A DNA stretch of 60,189 nucleotides from an uncultured bacterium. Its GTDB lineage: Bacteria > Edwardsbacteria > AC1 > EtOH8. Under the pieces are notes generated by a model that was given only the letters and a program-made list of their open reading frames with translations, had not been told where the DNA came from and ran no database searches. The position numbers and the translations under genes are program-made. The stretch's first letter is position 1, and each line of letters starts with the position of its first letter. The DNA lies in contig CAWAAX010000005.1 of the NCBI GenBank assembly GCA_963780225.1, forward strand, positions 1-60,189, written 5' to 3'. Shown here in pieces: positions 11,508 to 21,751 of this stretch.

Positions 11508-12340
11508 CCAACAAACCAAAGATCGGCCTGGCCCTCTCCGGGGGCGTGGGCTACTGCCTGGCCCACATCGGTGTCATCAAGGCCCTGGAACAAAGGGGCC
11601 TGGAGGCCGACGTGGTGGCCGGGACCTCGGGCGGGGCCCTGATCGGATGCCTTTACGCCTCGGGCCTCAGGTCCGACCGGCTGGAGGAGATCGCCCGCGA
11701 GATATCATGGACCAAGCTGATGTCGCCCACCATGGTCTTCCGGGAAAAGGGCCTGCTGTCTTCGGAACCTATCGAGAAATTAGTAGATCATCTGATCGGC
11801 ACCAAAAGGCGCTTCAACGAGATGAAACTGCCCCTGTCCGTTACGGCGGTGGACCTGATCAGCGGCAAGGCCATAAACTTTCCCAACCACCCGGACGACC
11901 TGATAGCCCCGGCGGTGCGGGCCTCCTGCTCGGTGCCCATCGTCTACGCGCCCTTGAAGATGGGGAACTGGCTGCTGTCGGACGGCGGCATACTGGATCC
12001 CCTGCCGATGGAATCCTTGAAAAGGTTCAAGCCTGACGTCACCATCGCCGTTTCCTTCATGCCAGGGCAGTTCGAGCCGGACAGCCTGTTCGAGATCGGG
12101 GTACGCTCCATGGAGATCGCCAATATCAAGGAATCGCAGATGTCCCGCAAGGAGGCTGATATCCTGATAGAACTGCAGACCGGGCAGGTCTCCAGCTGGG
12201 ACCTGAAATCGGCCCTGAGTCTGATAGAACTGGGCCAGAAATCGGCCGAAAAAGCCCTGGAAGATGCCAAGGACAAGCTTTCCGCCCAAAAGCCTTTCTG
12301 GTTTGACATGATAAACAAAAAATGGGGTTCCGGATCATGA
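11504..12340 (+). CDS. Patatin-like phospholipase
   Basis: LALSGG, GTSGG, DGG motifs. Confidence 0.9.
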   Translation: MTNKPKIGLALSGGVGYCLAHIGVIKALEQRGLEADVVAGTSGGALIGCLYASGLRSDRLEEIAREISWTKLMSPTMVFREKGLLSSEPIEKLVDHLIGTKRRFNEMKLPLSVTAVDLISGKAINFPNHPDDLIAPAVRASCSVPIVYAPLKMGNWLLSDGGILDPLPMESLKRFKPDVTIAVSFMPGQFEPDSLFEIGVRSMEIANIKESQMSRKEADILIELQTGQVSSWDLKSALSLIELGQKSAEKALEDAKDKLSAQKPFWFDMINKKWGSGS

Positions 12341-13467
12341 CGACATATCTGTTGCTGGCCTCCCTGGCGATCGTGATGCTGGCCGGCTTCTGGTTCCTGT
12401 TCCAGGCCTTCAGCCGCCAGATGCGGGAGCTGAAGGACTCGGCCAAGAACGACCAGGCAATGAACCTGGTGGCCCAATGGATGCAGGACACCAAGCTCTC
12501 GCTGGATTCCCGGCTGCAGGAGACCCGCCAGGTGCTGGATTCAAGGCTTTCGGAGGTGGACGCCAAGCTGGGCCGGTCATTGGACACGGTCAGCCAACGG
12601 CTGGAGACCAACACCAAGACCGTGGGCGAGCGGCTGGACAACGCGGCCCGGGTGATCGGCGACGTCCAAAAGAGCCTGGGCTCCATGAACCAGGAGACCC
12701 AGCGGATCAAAGAGATAGGGCAGGACATCGCTTCTCTGTCCCAGATCCTGCGCTCGCCCAAATTGCGGGGTGGCATGGGGGAGTTCTTCCTGGGCGACCT
12801 GCTGGCCCAGATCCTGCCGCCCCACCACTTTGAACTGCAGTACGGATTCCGCTCCGGTGAGAAGGTGGACGCGGTGGTCAAGCTCTCCAAGCGGCTGGTG
12901 CCGGTAGACGCCAAGTTCCCGCTGGAAAACTTCAAGAAGATGCTGGAGGCCCAAAGCGACGAGGAACGCAAGAGCTGGCGCCGCAAATTCGTCTCAGACG
13001 TCAAGAAGCACGTGGACGCAATCTCCTCCAAATACATTTTGCCGGACGAAAATACCTTTGACTTTGCCCTGATGTACATCCCGGCCGAGAATGTTTATTA
13101 CGAGACCATCATCAAGGACGAGAATTTCGGCGAGGACAAGTCCATCTCCACCTATGCCATTGAAAAACGGGTGATCCCGGTATCGCCCAATTCATTCTAC
13201 GCCTATCTTCAGGCCATAGTGCTGGGCCTGCGGGGAATGCGGGTGGAGGAAAGCGCCCAGGAGATAATAGATTCGCTCTCGCGGCTCAAGGGCGACTTCG
13301 GAAAGTTCCGCGACGAGTTTGACATCCTGGGCAGCCACATCTCCAACGCCGGGAAGAAGTATGAGGAGGTGGACAAGCGGCTGGTCAAGTTCGAGGACCG
13401 GCTGGAAGGGGTGGAGGGAAAGCAGATTGCTGGGGACAAGCCGCAGGTGTTGTTGGAAGATAAATGA
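12337..13467 (+). CDS. rmuC: DNA recombination protein RmuC
   Basis: N-terminal TM, coiled coil, KLRGGMGE, VDAKFP, DFALMYIPAE, VSPNS. Confidence 0.92.
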   Translation: MTTYLLLASLAIVMLAGFWFLFQAFSRQMRELKDSAKNDQAMNLVAQWMQDTKLSLDSRLQETRQVLDSRLSEVDAKLGRSLDTVSQRLETNTKTVGERLDNAARVIGDVQKSLGSMNQETQRIKEIGQDIASLSQILRSPKLRGGMGEFFLGDLLAQILPPHHFELQYGFRSGEKVDAVVKLSKRLVPVDAKFPLENFKKMLEAQSDEERKSWRRKFVSDVKKHVDAISSKYILPDENTFDFALMYIPAENVYYETIIKDENFGEDKSISTYAIEKRVIPVSPNSFYAYLQAIVLGLRGMRVEESAQEIIDSLSRLKGDFGKFRDEFDILGSHISNAGKKYEEVDKRLVKFEDRLEGVEGKQIAGDKPQVLLEDK

Positions 13468-13470
13468 ATT

Positions 13471-13590
13471 TGACCTCTCCCTCGCTCCCTCCCCGTTGCG
13501 GGGAGGGATGATTGACTACCCCATCCTTGCGGGAGAGCCTGCACTGAGACGGACAAGCAGGTATGCAAACGAAAGTGGGGATCGAGAGTC
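13471..13590. repeat. CCTCTCCC-type hairpin with nested cctgcactgag...cgaaagtg element
   Basis: gacctctccctcgctccctccccgttgcggggagggatg; related to 38449-38487 and 47526-47606. Confidence 0.55.
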
Positions 13591-13647
13591 GGTCGGTAAT
13601 GCCTTCAATGAGAGTTAAAAAACAATTAGTAAATAGGTGATATCATC

Positions 13648-14361
13648 ATGGATAACATACTATCATTCATAATGCCCAATCTCCCGTTTCTCATTTTCAT
13701 AGGCGTATTTCCGCTGATGCTCTATCTGGGGTACCTGGGCCGGCAGAAGCAGAAAGCCAAGATGAAGGACATCGCCATGAAACTGGGACTGCAGTTAAGC
13801 GAGGGCCAGCTTTTCCGGCAAATGAACAGCCAGCCCCAAAGACTCAGCAATGCCCGGGATTTCAATACTTACCAGGACTCCCAGAAGCTGGCCGGAAACA
13901 GTTTTGTCAAAGACCTGATTGCAATGATGTCCCCATTGTCCCTGACCGGTAAGTATAAAGGCAACGAGGTGAAAGTAACCGTGGTCAAACGGGACAAGAC
14001 CACTTATACTGAATTTAAGACAAATTTTCCCCGGCCGCTGGGCCTGGGGCTTAAAATCAATGCCAACAGCCTGCTGCTGAAGCAGTTCATCCTGGGCCAA
14101 AAGGGCAAAGAGGTGCAGTCCGGCAATGAACCGTTTGACAAGAAGATTCAGGTAACAGGCAGCGATCCCCTGAAGATAAAGTACCTGATGACCATGGAAA
14201 ACCAGCGGTCCTTGCTGGATCTAATCTCCGCCCATCCCGCCGCCACGGTGGACGATCGGGGGATTACCGTCAGCGTCCGGGGTTTTGTGGACGATCACAT
14301 GAAATGCTCGGCAGTGCTGGACAAGATGGCGGCAGCCGCCAAACATTTCAGTAATACTTAA
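13648..14361 (+). CDS. Hypothetical membrane-anchored protein
   Basis: 237-aa ORF, AGGTG RBS, single N-terminal TM helix. Confidence 0.7.
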   Translation: MDNILSFIMPNLPFLIFIGVFPLMLYLGYLGRQKQKAKMKDIAMKLGLQLSEGQLFRQMNSQPQRLSNARDFNTYQDSQKLAGNSFVKDLIAMMSPLSLTGKYKGNEVKVTVVKRDKTTYTEFKTNFPRPLGLGLKINANSLLLKQFILGQKGKEVQSGNEPFDKKIQVTGSDPLKIKYLMTMENQRSLLDLISAHPAATVDDRGITVSVRGFVDDHMKCSAVLDKMAAAAKHFSNT

Positions 14362-14416
14362 CTTGGCGTTTCAATACTATAAGGAAATCAGAAATGCAGG
14401 GAATATTTGCAATTAG

Positions 14417-15523
14417 GTGGTTATGCCGGTAAAATATCTCAATAAAACAGCAGCCATACTATTCCTGGCAATAATGCTTTCGCTCTTTCGCAGCTCCTGG
14501 GCCGAGAGCCGGGACCAGATCGTTCTGCAAATAGACACCGCCGGGACCATAGCGAAGATAGCTTCGGACAACGGTCTTTCGGTGGAAAAACTGCTGAAGG
14601 GCTTCAAACTCAATTCGGGCCAGGCGCAGATGACTTTAGCCGAAGCCGGCATTCCGCTGGCTCAGGCCCAAAAAGTCATCCGCAAGCTAATGGTACTGCA
14701 GACCACAGAGAACGCCAAGAACTGGAAACAGATCGTATCAAAATTCGGGCTGTGGATCCTGGCGCTTTTTGCCGCTACAATATTACTGGTCAGGAAAAAA
14801 GCATCAACCAAACTTCGCTTGTTTTGGCTGACCGGAACCGCCTTGTTGTTCGGCTTTTTATACGGCAGCGATCCAAATCCCATGGGAACAATCAAGGACG
14901 CCGTGGTCTTGCTGGGGAAGGAGGGGGTGGTCTTTCCGCCCCGGATGATTGCGGCCGTTGTCTTCCTGCTGATGGTCTTCATCTCCAACAAAACCATCTG
15001 CGGGTGGGGCTGCCATTTTGGGGCCCTGCAGGACATTTTGCACTTCATTCCATTCAAGAAGTTCAAACTGCCGTTCTGGCTGACCAACAGCATCCGCTCG
15101 GCTGTGTTCTTATCTATTGTACTGCTGGCCTTTGCCTGGGGGCTGGACTGGGTGGGCGAAGTAGATCCTTTCAAGTTATTCAATGTCAGCAACTGGGACA
15201 TTGGCCTGGCCGGGCTGATTTTCACAGGATCCATTCTGCTGATAAGCGTTTTCTTCTACCGCCCCTGGTGCCAGCTGTTCTGCCCCTTCGGTTTGGCCGG
15301 GTGGCTGGCGGAACAGGTCAGCCTGTTACGGCCGAGGATAAACCGGGAAGGGTGCCTTAAATGCCAGAAGTGCGTAAAAGTCTGCCCCACCCAGGCCATG
15401 AGCGGAATTTATCACGATAAAAAGTTCCGGGCCGATTGTTTTGCCTGCGGGGAGTGCATCGGCCAGTGTCCGGCTCAAGTAATAAACTGGAAACATAAAT
15501 CCAGCCGCAAGGAGTTGAAATGA
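14417..15523 (+). CDS. 4Fe-4S-binding membrane protein (NapH/polyferredoxin-like)
   Basis: CGWGCHFG, RPWCQLFCPFG and two CxxCxxCxxxCP motifs. Confidence 0.88.
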   Translation: MVMPVKYLNKTAAILFLAIMLSLFRSSWAESRDQIVLQIDTAGTIAKIASDNGLSVEKLLKGFKLNSGQAQMTLAEAGIPLAQAQKVIRKLMVLQTTENAKNWKQIVSKFGLWILALFAATILLVRKKASTKLRLFWLTGTALLFGFLYGSDPNPMGTIKDAVVLLGKEGVVFPPRMIAAVVFLLMVFISNKTICGWGCHFGALQDILHFIPFKKFKLPFWLTNSIRSAVFLSIVLLAFAWGLDWVGEVDPFKLFNVSNWDIGLAGLIFTGSILLISVFFYRPWCQLFCPFGLAGWLAEQVSLLRPRINREGCLKCQKCVKVCPTQAMSGIYHDKKFRADCFACGECIGQCPAQVINWKHKSSRKELK

Positions 15524-16026
15524 AAAGAGCTATTCTGATCCTTTCGTTGTGCCTGGTACTGTCCGGCATAGTGCTGGCCCAAACCACCCAGCCCCTGTTC
15601 CTGATAGAACGGACCAAGAACAGCAACAAACTTTACTACGAGGCGAACATAACCAAAAACGGCGAGATCAATGCCAAGGAGCCGATCAAGGCCTTCTGGA
15701 TAATGTGGGCCAAGGATTCCACCGGCCAGACCACCGAGCCGCTGTCCTTCATCGAGAAGAAGATGGCCTATGGCTACAACGTGGAGCCGGATCCCTCGGG
15801 CAAACATTTCAACATGACCCTCAAGCCTTTCAAGGAAAGGCTGATCAAGATATTCCTGCAGAACGGAACAGTCCGGGCCGAGATGATAATCAACAGCCAG
15901 CCTTCGATCTTCGAAAAGATGTACATCTATTCCAAGGGCGACTCCAAGCCGGATTCCATCAAACTTTACGGAACGGAGATAGAGTCAGGTGTCAGAAAGT
16001 ATGAACTGGTGATCCCCCAAAAATAA
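15520..16026 (+). CDS. DUF4833-like secreted protein
   Basis: Signal peptide; LFLIERTKNSN, FWIMW, LSFIEKKMAYG pattern. Confidence 0.7.
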   Translation: MKRAILILSLCLVLSGIVLAQTTQPLFLIERTKNSNKLYYEANITKNGEINAKEPIKAFWIMWAKDSTGQTTEPLSFIEKKMAYGYNVEPDPSGKHFNMTLKPFKERLIKIFLQNGTVRAEMIINSQPSIFEKMYIYSKGDSKPDSIKLYGTEIESGVRKYELVIPQK

Positions 16027-16052
16027 ACTCCATTGACCTCCTTACTTTTTCT

Positions 16053-16127
16053 ATAAGGAAACCAGGAAGCCCAGGAATTGTTCTTGGTCCCGGTAAGTTA
16101 GTATTCCTGTTTTCATGGATTCCTAAT
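16053..16127. repeat. AGGAA-family intergenic hairpin (copy without insertions)
   Basis: ataaggaaaccaggaagcccaggaa ... ttcctgttttcatggattcctaat; reverse complement matches 19089-19216 and 21157-21254. Confidence 0.75.
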
Positions 16128-16191
16128 GAAAATCCTGTCTATCGGTTCCATCAATATTATGAATTTGTCGAAAGTTCAGAAAGCGGTACCA

Positions 16192-17070
16192 ATGCCCTTT
16201 AAATCCGGTTACGTGGCCCTGGCCGGGCGGCCCAATGTGGGAAAATCAACCCTGCTTAACGCCCTGCTGGGCCAGAAGCTGGCGGCGGTCAGCCGCCGCC
16301 CCCAGACCACCCGGCAGAGGGTGCTGGGGATCCTCACCAGCGACCAGCACCAGGTTGTCCTGATGGACACCCCGGGACTGCTGGATCCCCGCTATGCCAT
16401 GCAGGACGCCCTGCTGAAGATCGCTGTCAATTCCATCTCCCAGTCCGATGTCCTGGCCTTTCTGGTGGATTCCCAAAAGGGCTGGCATGACGAGGACTGG
16501 AATTATCTGCAAAAGTACCGGCGCAAAAACACCATCGTGGTGCTGAACAAGATCGACGCGGTACCCAAGGAGGGAGTGCTGGAGCTGATCGCGCAGGTGA
16601 ACCAGGCCACCGGGCTGGATCAGATATATCCTATATCAGCCCTGAAGAAATTCGGTCTGAAAGAACTGGAAGAAGGCCTGATCAAACTTCTTCCTGAGGG
16701 CAAACCGTTCTATCCCGATGAAATGGTGTCCGACCAGCCGGAGAAGTTCTTTGTGGCCGAGATCATCCGGGAAAAGATCTTTGAGCTTTGCGGAGCCGAG
16801 GTGCCCTACGCCACCGCGGTGATAATTGACGAATTCAAAGAGCAGGAAGGCCGCAAGGACGTGATCAAGGCCACCATCTGGGTGGAAAAACAATCCCAAA
16901 AGCCGATCCTGATAGGCCAGGGCGGCCATAAGGTCAAGGCCATCGGGATCAATTCCCGGAAGGAGATAGAGGAGTTTTTGGACCGTCCGGTGTTTTTGGA
17001 ACTGTTTGTCAAGGTCAAGGAGAAGTGGAGAAACAATGAATCTGATATAAGGGAGTTAGGTCTCTCTTAA
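16192..17070 (+). CDS. era: GTPase Era
   Basis: GRPNVGKS, QTTR, DTPG, NKID, EVPY and KH domain. Confidence 0.96.
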   Translation: MPFKSGYVALAGRPNVGKSTLLNALLGQKLAAVSRRPQTTRQRVLGILTSDQHQVVLMDTPGLLDPRYAMQDALLKIAVNSISQSDVLAFLVDSQKGWHDEDWNYLQKYRRKNTIVVLNKIDAVPKEGVLELIAQVNQATGLDQIYPISALKKFGLKELEEGLIKLLPEGKPFYPDEMVSDQPEKFFVAEIIREKIFELCGAEVPYATAVIIDEFKEQEGRKDVIKATIWVEKQSQKPILIGQGGHKVKAIGINSRKEIEEFLDRPVFLELFVKVKEKWRNNESDIRELGLS

Positions 17071-17107
17071 AATAAAAAGCCCCGCAAACTGCGGGGCTTT
17101 TTATTTT
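17071..17107. terminator. Bidirectional rho-independent terminator between era and mltG
   Basis: aaaaagccccgca-aac-tgcggggcttttt. Confidence 0.85.
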
Positions 17108-17115
17108 ACTTTATG

Positions 17116-18120
17116 CTATTTCTGCTGTATCCGGTTCTTGGCATTGATGTGTTCCCTCAAACTCCGGCTGAAAACATGGCTGCCGTCTCCCTTGGCCACG
17201 AAGTACAGATATTCCGTCCGGGCCGGAAAGACCGCCGCTTCCAGCGACTTCCGTCCGGGGTTGCAGATGGGGCCGGGGGGAAGGCCTATCCGCCGGTAGG
17301 TGTTGTATGGCGACTTTATCTCCAGATCGGCGTAGGTCAGCCGGGTCTTTTTCCGCCGGGGAAGGATGTATTCGATGCTGGCGCAGGATTCCAAAGGCCT
17401 TCGCAGCCTCAAACGGTTGTAAAAGACCGAGGCCACCACCGCCCGTTCCGAGTCCACCCGGGCCTCAGCCTCCACCATCGAAGCCATGATCACCGCCTGG
17501 TGCAGGGTGCGGCGCTGTTTTTTAAGCTCCTGGTCCCATTCCGGGGGGATCTGTTGGCGGAATTGCTCCAGCATCAAACTCGCTATCCTGTCGGCCGGGG
17601 TTTCCCATTCAAAGGAGTAGGTGTCGGGGAAAAGATAGCCTTCCATGTTTCTGGCCGGGATCCCCTGACTGCGGCAAAAGGCGGTGTCGTTGAATTTATC
17701 CAGCAGTCCGGAACTGTCGTTGCCGGTGGCGGACTGCAGCAGGCCGGCTATCTGGGCCATGGTCAGGCCTTCGGGGATGGTCAGCATGTTGTAGATGTTT
17801 GCGCCCCGGTTCAGCTGCTGCAGAGCTTCCCAGGAAGAAAGTGGCCATTCAAACTTATAACGCCCGGCCTTGAGTTTTTGGTTTAGACCCAGGGCCGAAG
17901 ACAATAATTTGAAGCTGCGGGGGCTGCTGATCACGCCTTTCTGGTAAAGGTTATTGGCAATGCGGGTGGTGGATTGCCCCCGGGTGATGGTTATTATCTG
18001 GGCTTCCCATCCGGTATCGCCGGCCGGGGAGACGAAGAACAGCAGATAGCCGGCGGTTCCCAGAACGACGACGGCCAGAAAAAGGGACAGTCCGGTGATG
18101 TATTTATTAACTGACGGCAT
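17116..18120 (-). CDS. mltG: Endolytic transglycosylase MltG
   Basis: TIPEG, EGYLFPDTY, ASMVEAE, SPYNTY, GLPPGPICNPG. Confidence 0.95.
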   Translation of the reverse strand: MPSVNKYITGLSLFLAVVVLGTAGYLLFFVSPAGDTGWEAQIITITRGQSTTRIANNLYQKGVISSPRSFKLLSSALGLNQKLKAGRYKFEWPLSSWEALQQLNRGANIYNMLTIPEGLTMAQIAGLLQSATGNDSSGLLDKFNDTAFCRSQGIPARNMEGYLFPDTYSFEWETPADRIASLMLEQFRQQIPPEWDQELKKQRRTLHQAVIMASMVEAEARVDSERAVVASVFYNRLRLRRPLESCASIEYILPRRKKTRLTYADLEIKSPYNTYRRIGLPPGPICNPGRKSLEAAVFPARTEYLYFVAKGDGSHVFSRSLREHINAKNRIQQK

Positions 18121-18544
18121 GGTCTTTCAAATAATCGGTAAGAATTATAGTAGCGGCAGTCTTATCCAATAGACGCTTGTTATTCTTAAGCTTTATTCCG
18201 GACTGGTGCATGCTTTGCTGGGCGATCTTGCTGGTGAACCTTTCATCATACAAATGCACCGGAAGTTCCAGCACCCTCTCCAAAAAGTCCCGGGTCTCGT
18301 CCACCATCCGGCTGAGGTCGGTGGGGGAGCCGTCCAGGTGGGACGGTTTGCCCAGCACAATGGCGGTGATGGGGAAGCGCGACTGGTAATCCTTTATTTT
18401 GGCCAGCAGGTCCTGCCGGCCCCGGATCTCAAAGCATTCCAGTCCCTGGGCGGTGATGCCCAGCTCGTCGCTGATAGCGGAGCCCACCCGGCGCTTGCCC
18501 AGGTCCAGGGCCAGCACCCGGCCCTTAGGTTTTGATACCGGCAT
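18107..18544 (-). CDS. ruvX: RuvX/YqgF pre-16S rRNA nuclease
   Basis: LALDLGKRRVG, DERFTS, DKTAATIIL. Confidence 0.92.
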   Translation of the reverse strand: MPVSKPKGRVLALDLGKRRVGSAISDELGITAQGLECFEIRGRQDLLAKIKDYQSRFPITAIVLGKPSHLDGSPTDLSRMVDETRDFLERVLELPVHLYDERFTSKIAQQSMHQSGIKLKNNKRLLDKTAATIILTDYLKDHAVS

Positions 18545-19031
18545 ATCGGCAAAAATCCTTGATGGCTTGGATATGGGCTTTGAAGGCGATGTTCTTGGGC
18601 AGTTTGTCCAAGGGGAAGAGTTTTATGGCGCTGGCATCATCCCCGGCCAGATAGTTTTCGTTTTGGGTGATCCCCAGGTAAACCAGCAATACTGCATGGG
18701 TGCGGGGATCGTCTTTCCCGCTGTAGGCCCCGATCAATTCACCCACCCTGATCTTAAGCCCGGTCTCCTCAAAAATCTCCCGCTGGGCGCAGGCTTTGGG
18801 CGATTCCCCGTATTCCATGAAACCGGCCGGCAGGCACCAGTCCCCGCGGTAGGGATCATATTTGCGCCGGACCAGAAGCAGCCGGCCTTTGATCAATATT
18901 ATGCATCCGGCCGCCGGGGCCGGGTTGCGGTAATAGACAAAGCCGCAGGCCGGACAGTTTTGGCGCCGGTGTCCGTCAAGCCTGGTCTTTTGCAGCGGTC
19001 CGCCGCAACCTGGGCAATGCTTATAAGTCAT
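18525..19031 (-). CDS. Zn-ribbon NUDIX hydrolase
   Basis: CPGCG...CPACG, YRNP, Nudix box GFMEYGESPKACAQREIFEETG. Confidence 0.9.
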   Translation of the reverse strand: MTYKHCPGCGGPLQKTRLDGHRRQNCPACGFVYYRNPAPAAGCIILIKGRLLLVRRKYDPYRGDWCLPAGFMEYGESPKACAQREIFEETGLKIRVGELIGAYSGKDDPRTHAVLLVYLGITQNENYLAGDDASAIKLFPLDKLPKNIAFKAHIQAIKDFCRYAGIKT

Positions 19032-19088
19032 GATCAATTTTATAAACAAATAATATTAACAAGGGCGGAAAATATATTTTACATTTTC

Positions 19089-19216
19089 ATTAGGAATCCA
19101 TGAAGCCACTTGTGGTGAGTGTGTCGAACCATGAATACTAAACGGTGGAAACCTTTATAGATTCCTGTATTCCGCTCCTACGCTTTGCTTCGGCGCACAG
19201 GCTGGTTTCCTTATAA
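19089..19216. repeat. AGGAA-family hairpin carrying two nested mini-elements
   Basis: Compared with 16053-16127 it has the extra segments cttgtggtgagtgtgtcgaacc and cgctcctacgctttgcttcggcgcacagg. Confidence 0.7.
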
Positions 19217-19250
19217 AAGTTATCCAGCTGTTATCTCCAGTTAATATCAT

Positions 19251-19285
19251 AAAAAGGCTGCTGGTATCTTTCCGGCAGCCTTTTT
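19251..19285 (-). terminator. Rho-independent terminator after rpmB
   Basis: aaaaaggctgc...gcagccttttt. Confidence 0.75.
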
Positions 19286-19300
19286 ACGAATGGGGCAGGG

Positions 19301-19492
19301 CTATTTGGCCTTTAGAACCTTGTTGGAACGCAGACAGCGGGTGCAAACCTCAAGTTTCTTGGTCTTGCCGGCCACCGAAGCGTGAACGGTATGCAGGTTG
19401 GGATTCCAGCGCCGGGGCCCCACGTTATGGGCGTGGCTGATGGTATGACCGAAGCTGACGCCCTTGCCGCAGATCTCGCAAATGTTACCCAA
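19301..19492 (-). CDS. rpmB: 50S ribosomal protein L28
   Basis: CEICGK, SHAHN, RRWNPNL, VCTRCLR. Confidence 0.95.
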   Translation of the reverse strand: MGNICEICGKGVSFGHTISHAHNVGPRRWNPNLHTVHASVAGKTKKLEVCTRCLRSNKVLKAK

Positions 19493-19527
19493 TGTATCTC
19501 TCCTTGTTTAAAATATTACGATGAAAA

Positions 19528-19881
19528 CTATACTGCCGGCCAGTATAAGAACCGTCCGCAGTTGCCGCAGTTGGTGATGGTCTGGTTTCTCTTGACATTG
19601 GTGGCCTGGGAAGTGGGCATCATGATGTAACAGCCGCAGCAAACCCCGTTGATGACCGGCACCACCGGGCGCCCGTATTTCTGTTTCAGCTTTTTATACC
19701 GGTTCAGGATCTCGGGATCAACCTGTTTTTCAACCTCGGACAGCGCTTTGTTCAGGTGCTCCTGGCTGGCCTCGATCTTAAAACCCATGGCTTCCTGTTT
19801 GTTGGCCTCTTCGGTGGATTCCTTGATCATCAGTTCCAGGTCGTGCAGGGTTACCAGCAACTCCAGTTGGGGGTGTATCAT
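19528..19881 (-). CDS. C4-type zinc ribbon domain protein
   Basis: Coiled coil then CCGCY...CGNCGRFLY. Confidence 0.8.
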   Translation of the reverse strand: MIHPQLELLVTLHDLELMIKESTEEANKQEAMGFKIEASQEHLNKALSEVEKQVDPEILNRYKKLKQKYGRPVVPVINGVCCGCYIMMPTSQATNVKRNQTITNCGNCGRFLYWPAV

Positions 19882-19899
19882 TTTATCAGCTTCCGTGTA

Positions 19900-20373
19900 T
19901 TAAAGTTTCTTTTCCAGTTCGTCCATCCGGAGAATGAATTCTTCGGGGGTATCCGCCGTGAACAGGGCGTCGTTGGCGGTCAGCCCCTTGGCCAGCTGGG
20001 CGATCTTGCCCAAAACTATCAGGTACTGGTTCTGGGGGTCGTGGGGCGGGGCGATGATCAGAAAGAACAGCCGGGAGGGCTTCTTGTCGATGGCCTCAAA
20101 GTCCACGCCGTTCTTGGACCGGCCCACTATCAGGGACAGGGAGTTCAACAGCAGGGACCGGCAGTGGGGGATGGCCACGCCCTTGCCGATGCCGGTGGAG
20201 CCCAGTTCCTCCCGCTGCTTCAAATTGACCAGCAGCATATGCTGGGCCTTTTCGTTCAGCGAGGTCTGGGCCACCAGTTCCTTTAATATCCCGTCGCGGC
20301 TTTGAGCCTTAAGATTAAGGCTGATCTGGCCGGGCTTTAAAATGCCGCTTAAGTTTATTGGCGAACTACCCAT
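19900..20373 (-). CDS. PTS EIIA (PtsN-like) protein
   Basis: REELGSTGIGKGVAIPHCR. Confidence 0.9.
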   Translation of the reverse strand: MGSSPINLSGILKPGQISLNLKAQSRDGILKELVAQTSLNEKAQHMLLVNLKQREELGSTGIGKGVAIPHCRSLLLNSLSLIVGRSKNGVDFEAIDKKPSRLFFLIIAPPHDPQNQYLIVLGKIAQLAKGLTANDALFTADTPEEFILRMDELEKKL

Positions 20374-20798
20374 AGTTTTATATTGGCCTCCACTTCCGGA
20401 TGAAGTTTGATGGGGATGTTATAGACGCCCAGCACCTTGATGGGCTGTTCCAGGATCAGTTTGCGCTTGTCCAGCTTGACGCCCTGGGCCGCCAGCAGTT
20501 CGGAGATGTCGGCGGCGGTCACCGAGCCGAAGAGCTTGTCGTCCTCGCCGGCCTGAACGGTGGCGGTGCAGGAAACCTCGTTGAGCTTTTTGGCCTGCTC
20601 CTCGGCTTCCGCTTTCTTCCGGGACAGGCTGAGGGCCTCGGTCTGGATCTTCCGTTCCAGCTGTTTCAGGTTTCCGGCCCCGGCCAGCATGGCTTTGCCC
20701 TGGGGAAGAAGGTAGTTGCGGGCGTAGCCCGGCTTGACCTCGACCACCTGGGTCTTGGTTCCCAAAGAAGGTATATCCTGGGTCAGTATGACTTTCAT
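20355..20798 (-). CDS. rplI: 50S ribosomal protein L9
   Basis: MKVIL, GYARNYLLP, KLFGSV. Confidence 0.97.
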   Translation of the reverse strand: MKVILTQDIPSLGTKTQVVEVKPGYARNYLLPQGKAMLAGAGNLKQLERKIQTEALSLSRKKAEAEEQAKKLNEVSCTATVQAGEDDKLFGSVTAADISELLAAQGVKLDKRKLILEQPIKVLGVYNIPIKLHPEVEANIKLWVVRQ

Positions 20799-20824
20799 TA
20801 TTATTTCACTCCTGCAAGATTATA

Positions 20825-21085
20825 TTAACGGTGTTCCGAGATGAAGGGCAGCAGCGCCAGGTGGCGGGCCCTTTTGATGGCGTCGTTCAAGAGGCGCTGG
20901 TGCTTGGCGCAGTTGCCGGAGATGCGGCGGGGCACTATCTTGCCGCGCTCGGTCATGAAATGACGCAGCTTCTTGTCGTCCTTGTAGTTTATCAATTCTG
21001 ACTTGTCCTGGCAGAATTTGCATTCCTTGCGGCGCATGATCCGCGGAGGAGCGTTAGGGTCTCGTCTTTCTCTGGTTTCTCTCAT
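20825..21085 (-). CDS. rpsR: 30S ribosomal protein S18
   Basis: [28 protein letters not shown]. Confidence 0.97.
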   Translation of the reverse strand: MRETRERRDPNAPPRIMRRKECKFCQDKSELINYKDDKKLRHFMTERGKIVPRRISGNCAKHQRLLNDAIKRARHLALLPFISEHR

Positions 21086-21156
21086 GAATATCCTTTAAGA
21101 TGGTTTAGGGTATATTTATTGGTTTATTGATAGGGTTAGAAAAAGCCGTATTTTTA

Positions 21157-21254
21157 TTAGGAATACAGGAAAAACGCCTGTGGTGCGTCTATCAAACCGT
21201 GAGTCGTATCTAATTGTAATCCCGGTTATTTCCTGGCCTTCCTGGTTTCCTTAT
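21157..21254. repeat. AGGAA-family hairpin with one nested element
   Basis: attaggaatacaggaa...[cctgtggtgcgtctatcaaacc]...ttcctggccttcctggtttccttat. Confidence 0.7.
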
Positions 21255-21308
21255 AAATATACTCGCGGTGTCTTCGGACGTTCAGCACTCCCTTGAGTTA
21301 TTATTATA

Positions 21309-21710
21309 TCAGATATCGGGGGATTCCGAAGGTTCTTCGGGGCCGGGGGCGGCGGCGGTGGATTCGAAGCGCTCCAAAAACCGGACGTTATCGGCCCGGA
21401 CCTCCAGGGAATTCCGTTTTTGACCGGTCTCGGTCTCCCAGGAGCGGCTTTCCAAACGGCCTTCCACCAGCACCGGGCTGCCCTTGTGCAGGTGCTTGCC
21501 GATGTTCTCGGCCGCGCTCTGCCAGGCCACCACGTTGACGAAAGTGGGCTCGTCCTGCCAGTTGCCGGCCTGGTCCTTAAAACGGCGGTTGAGGGCCATG
21601 GAAAAATTGCAGACCGCCGTACCGCTGGGGGTAAATCTCAGCTCGGGGTCCCGGGTCAGCCGGCCAGCCAGCAGCACCCGGTTCAGATTGGGTATCTTAA
21701 GCTCGGTCAT
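21309..21710 (-). CDS. ssb: Single-stranded DNA-binding protein, second paralogue lacking the DDxPF tail
   Basis: NRVLLAGRLTRDPELR, VLVEGRL; ends ESPDI. Confidence 0.9.
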   Translation of the reverse strand: MTELKIPNLNRVLLAGRLTRDPELRFTPSGTAVCNFSMALNRRFKDQAGNWQDEPTFVNVVAWQSAAENIGKHLHKGSPVLVEGRLESRSWETETGQKRNSLEVRADNVRFLERFESTAAAPGPEEPSESPDI

Positions 21711-21751
21711 ATAATGATGCTCCGATTATTGGTACGGTTCTATTGAATGAT

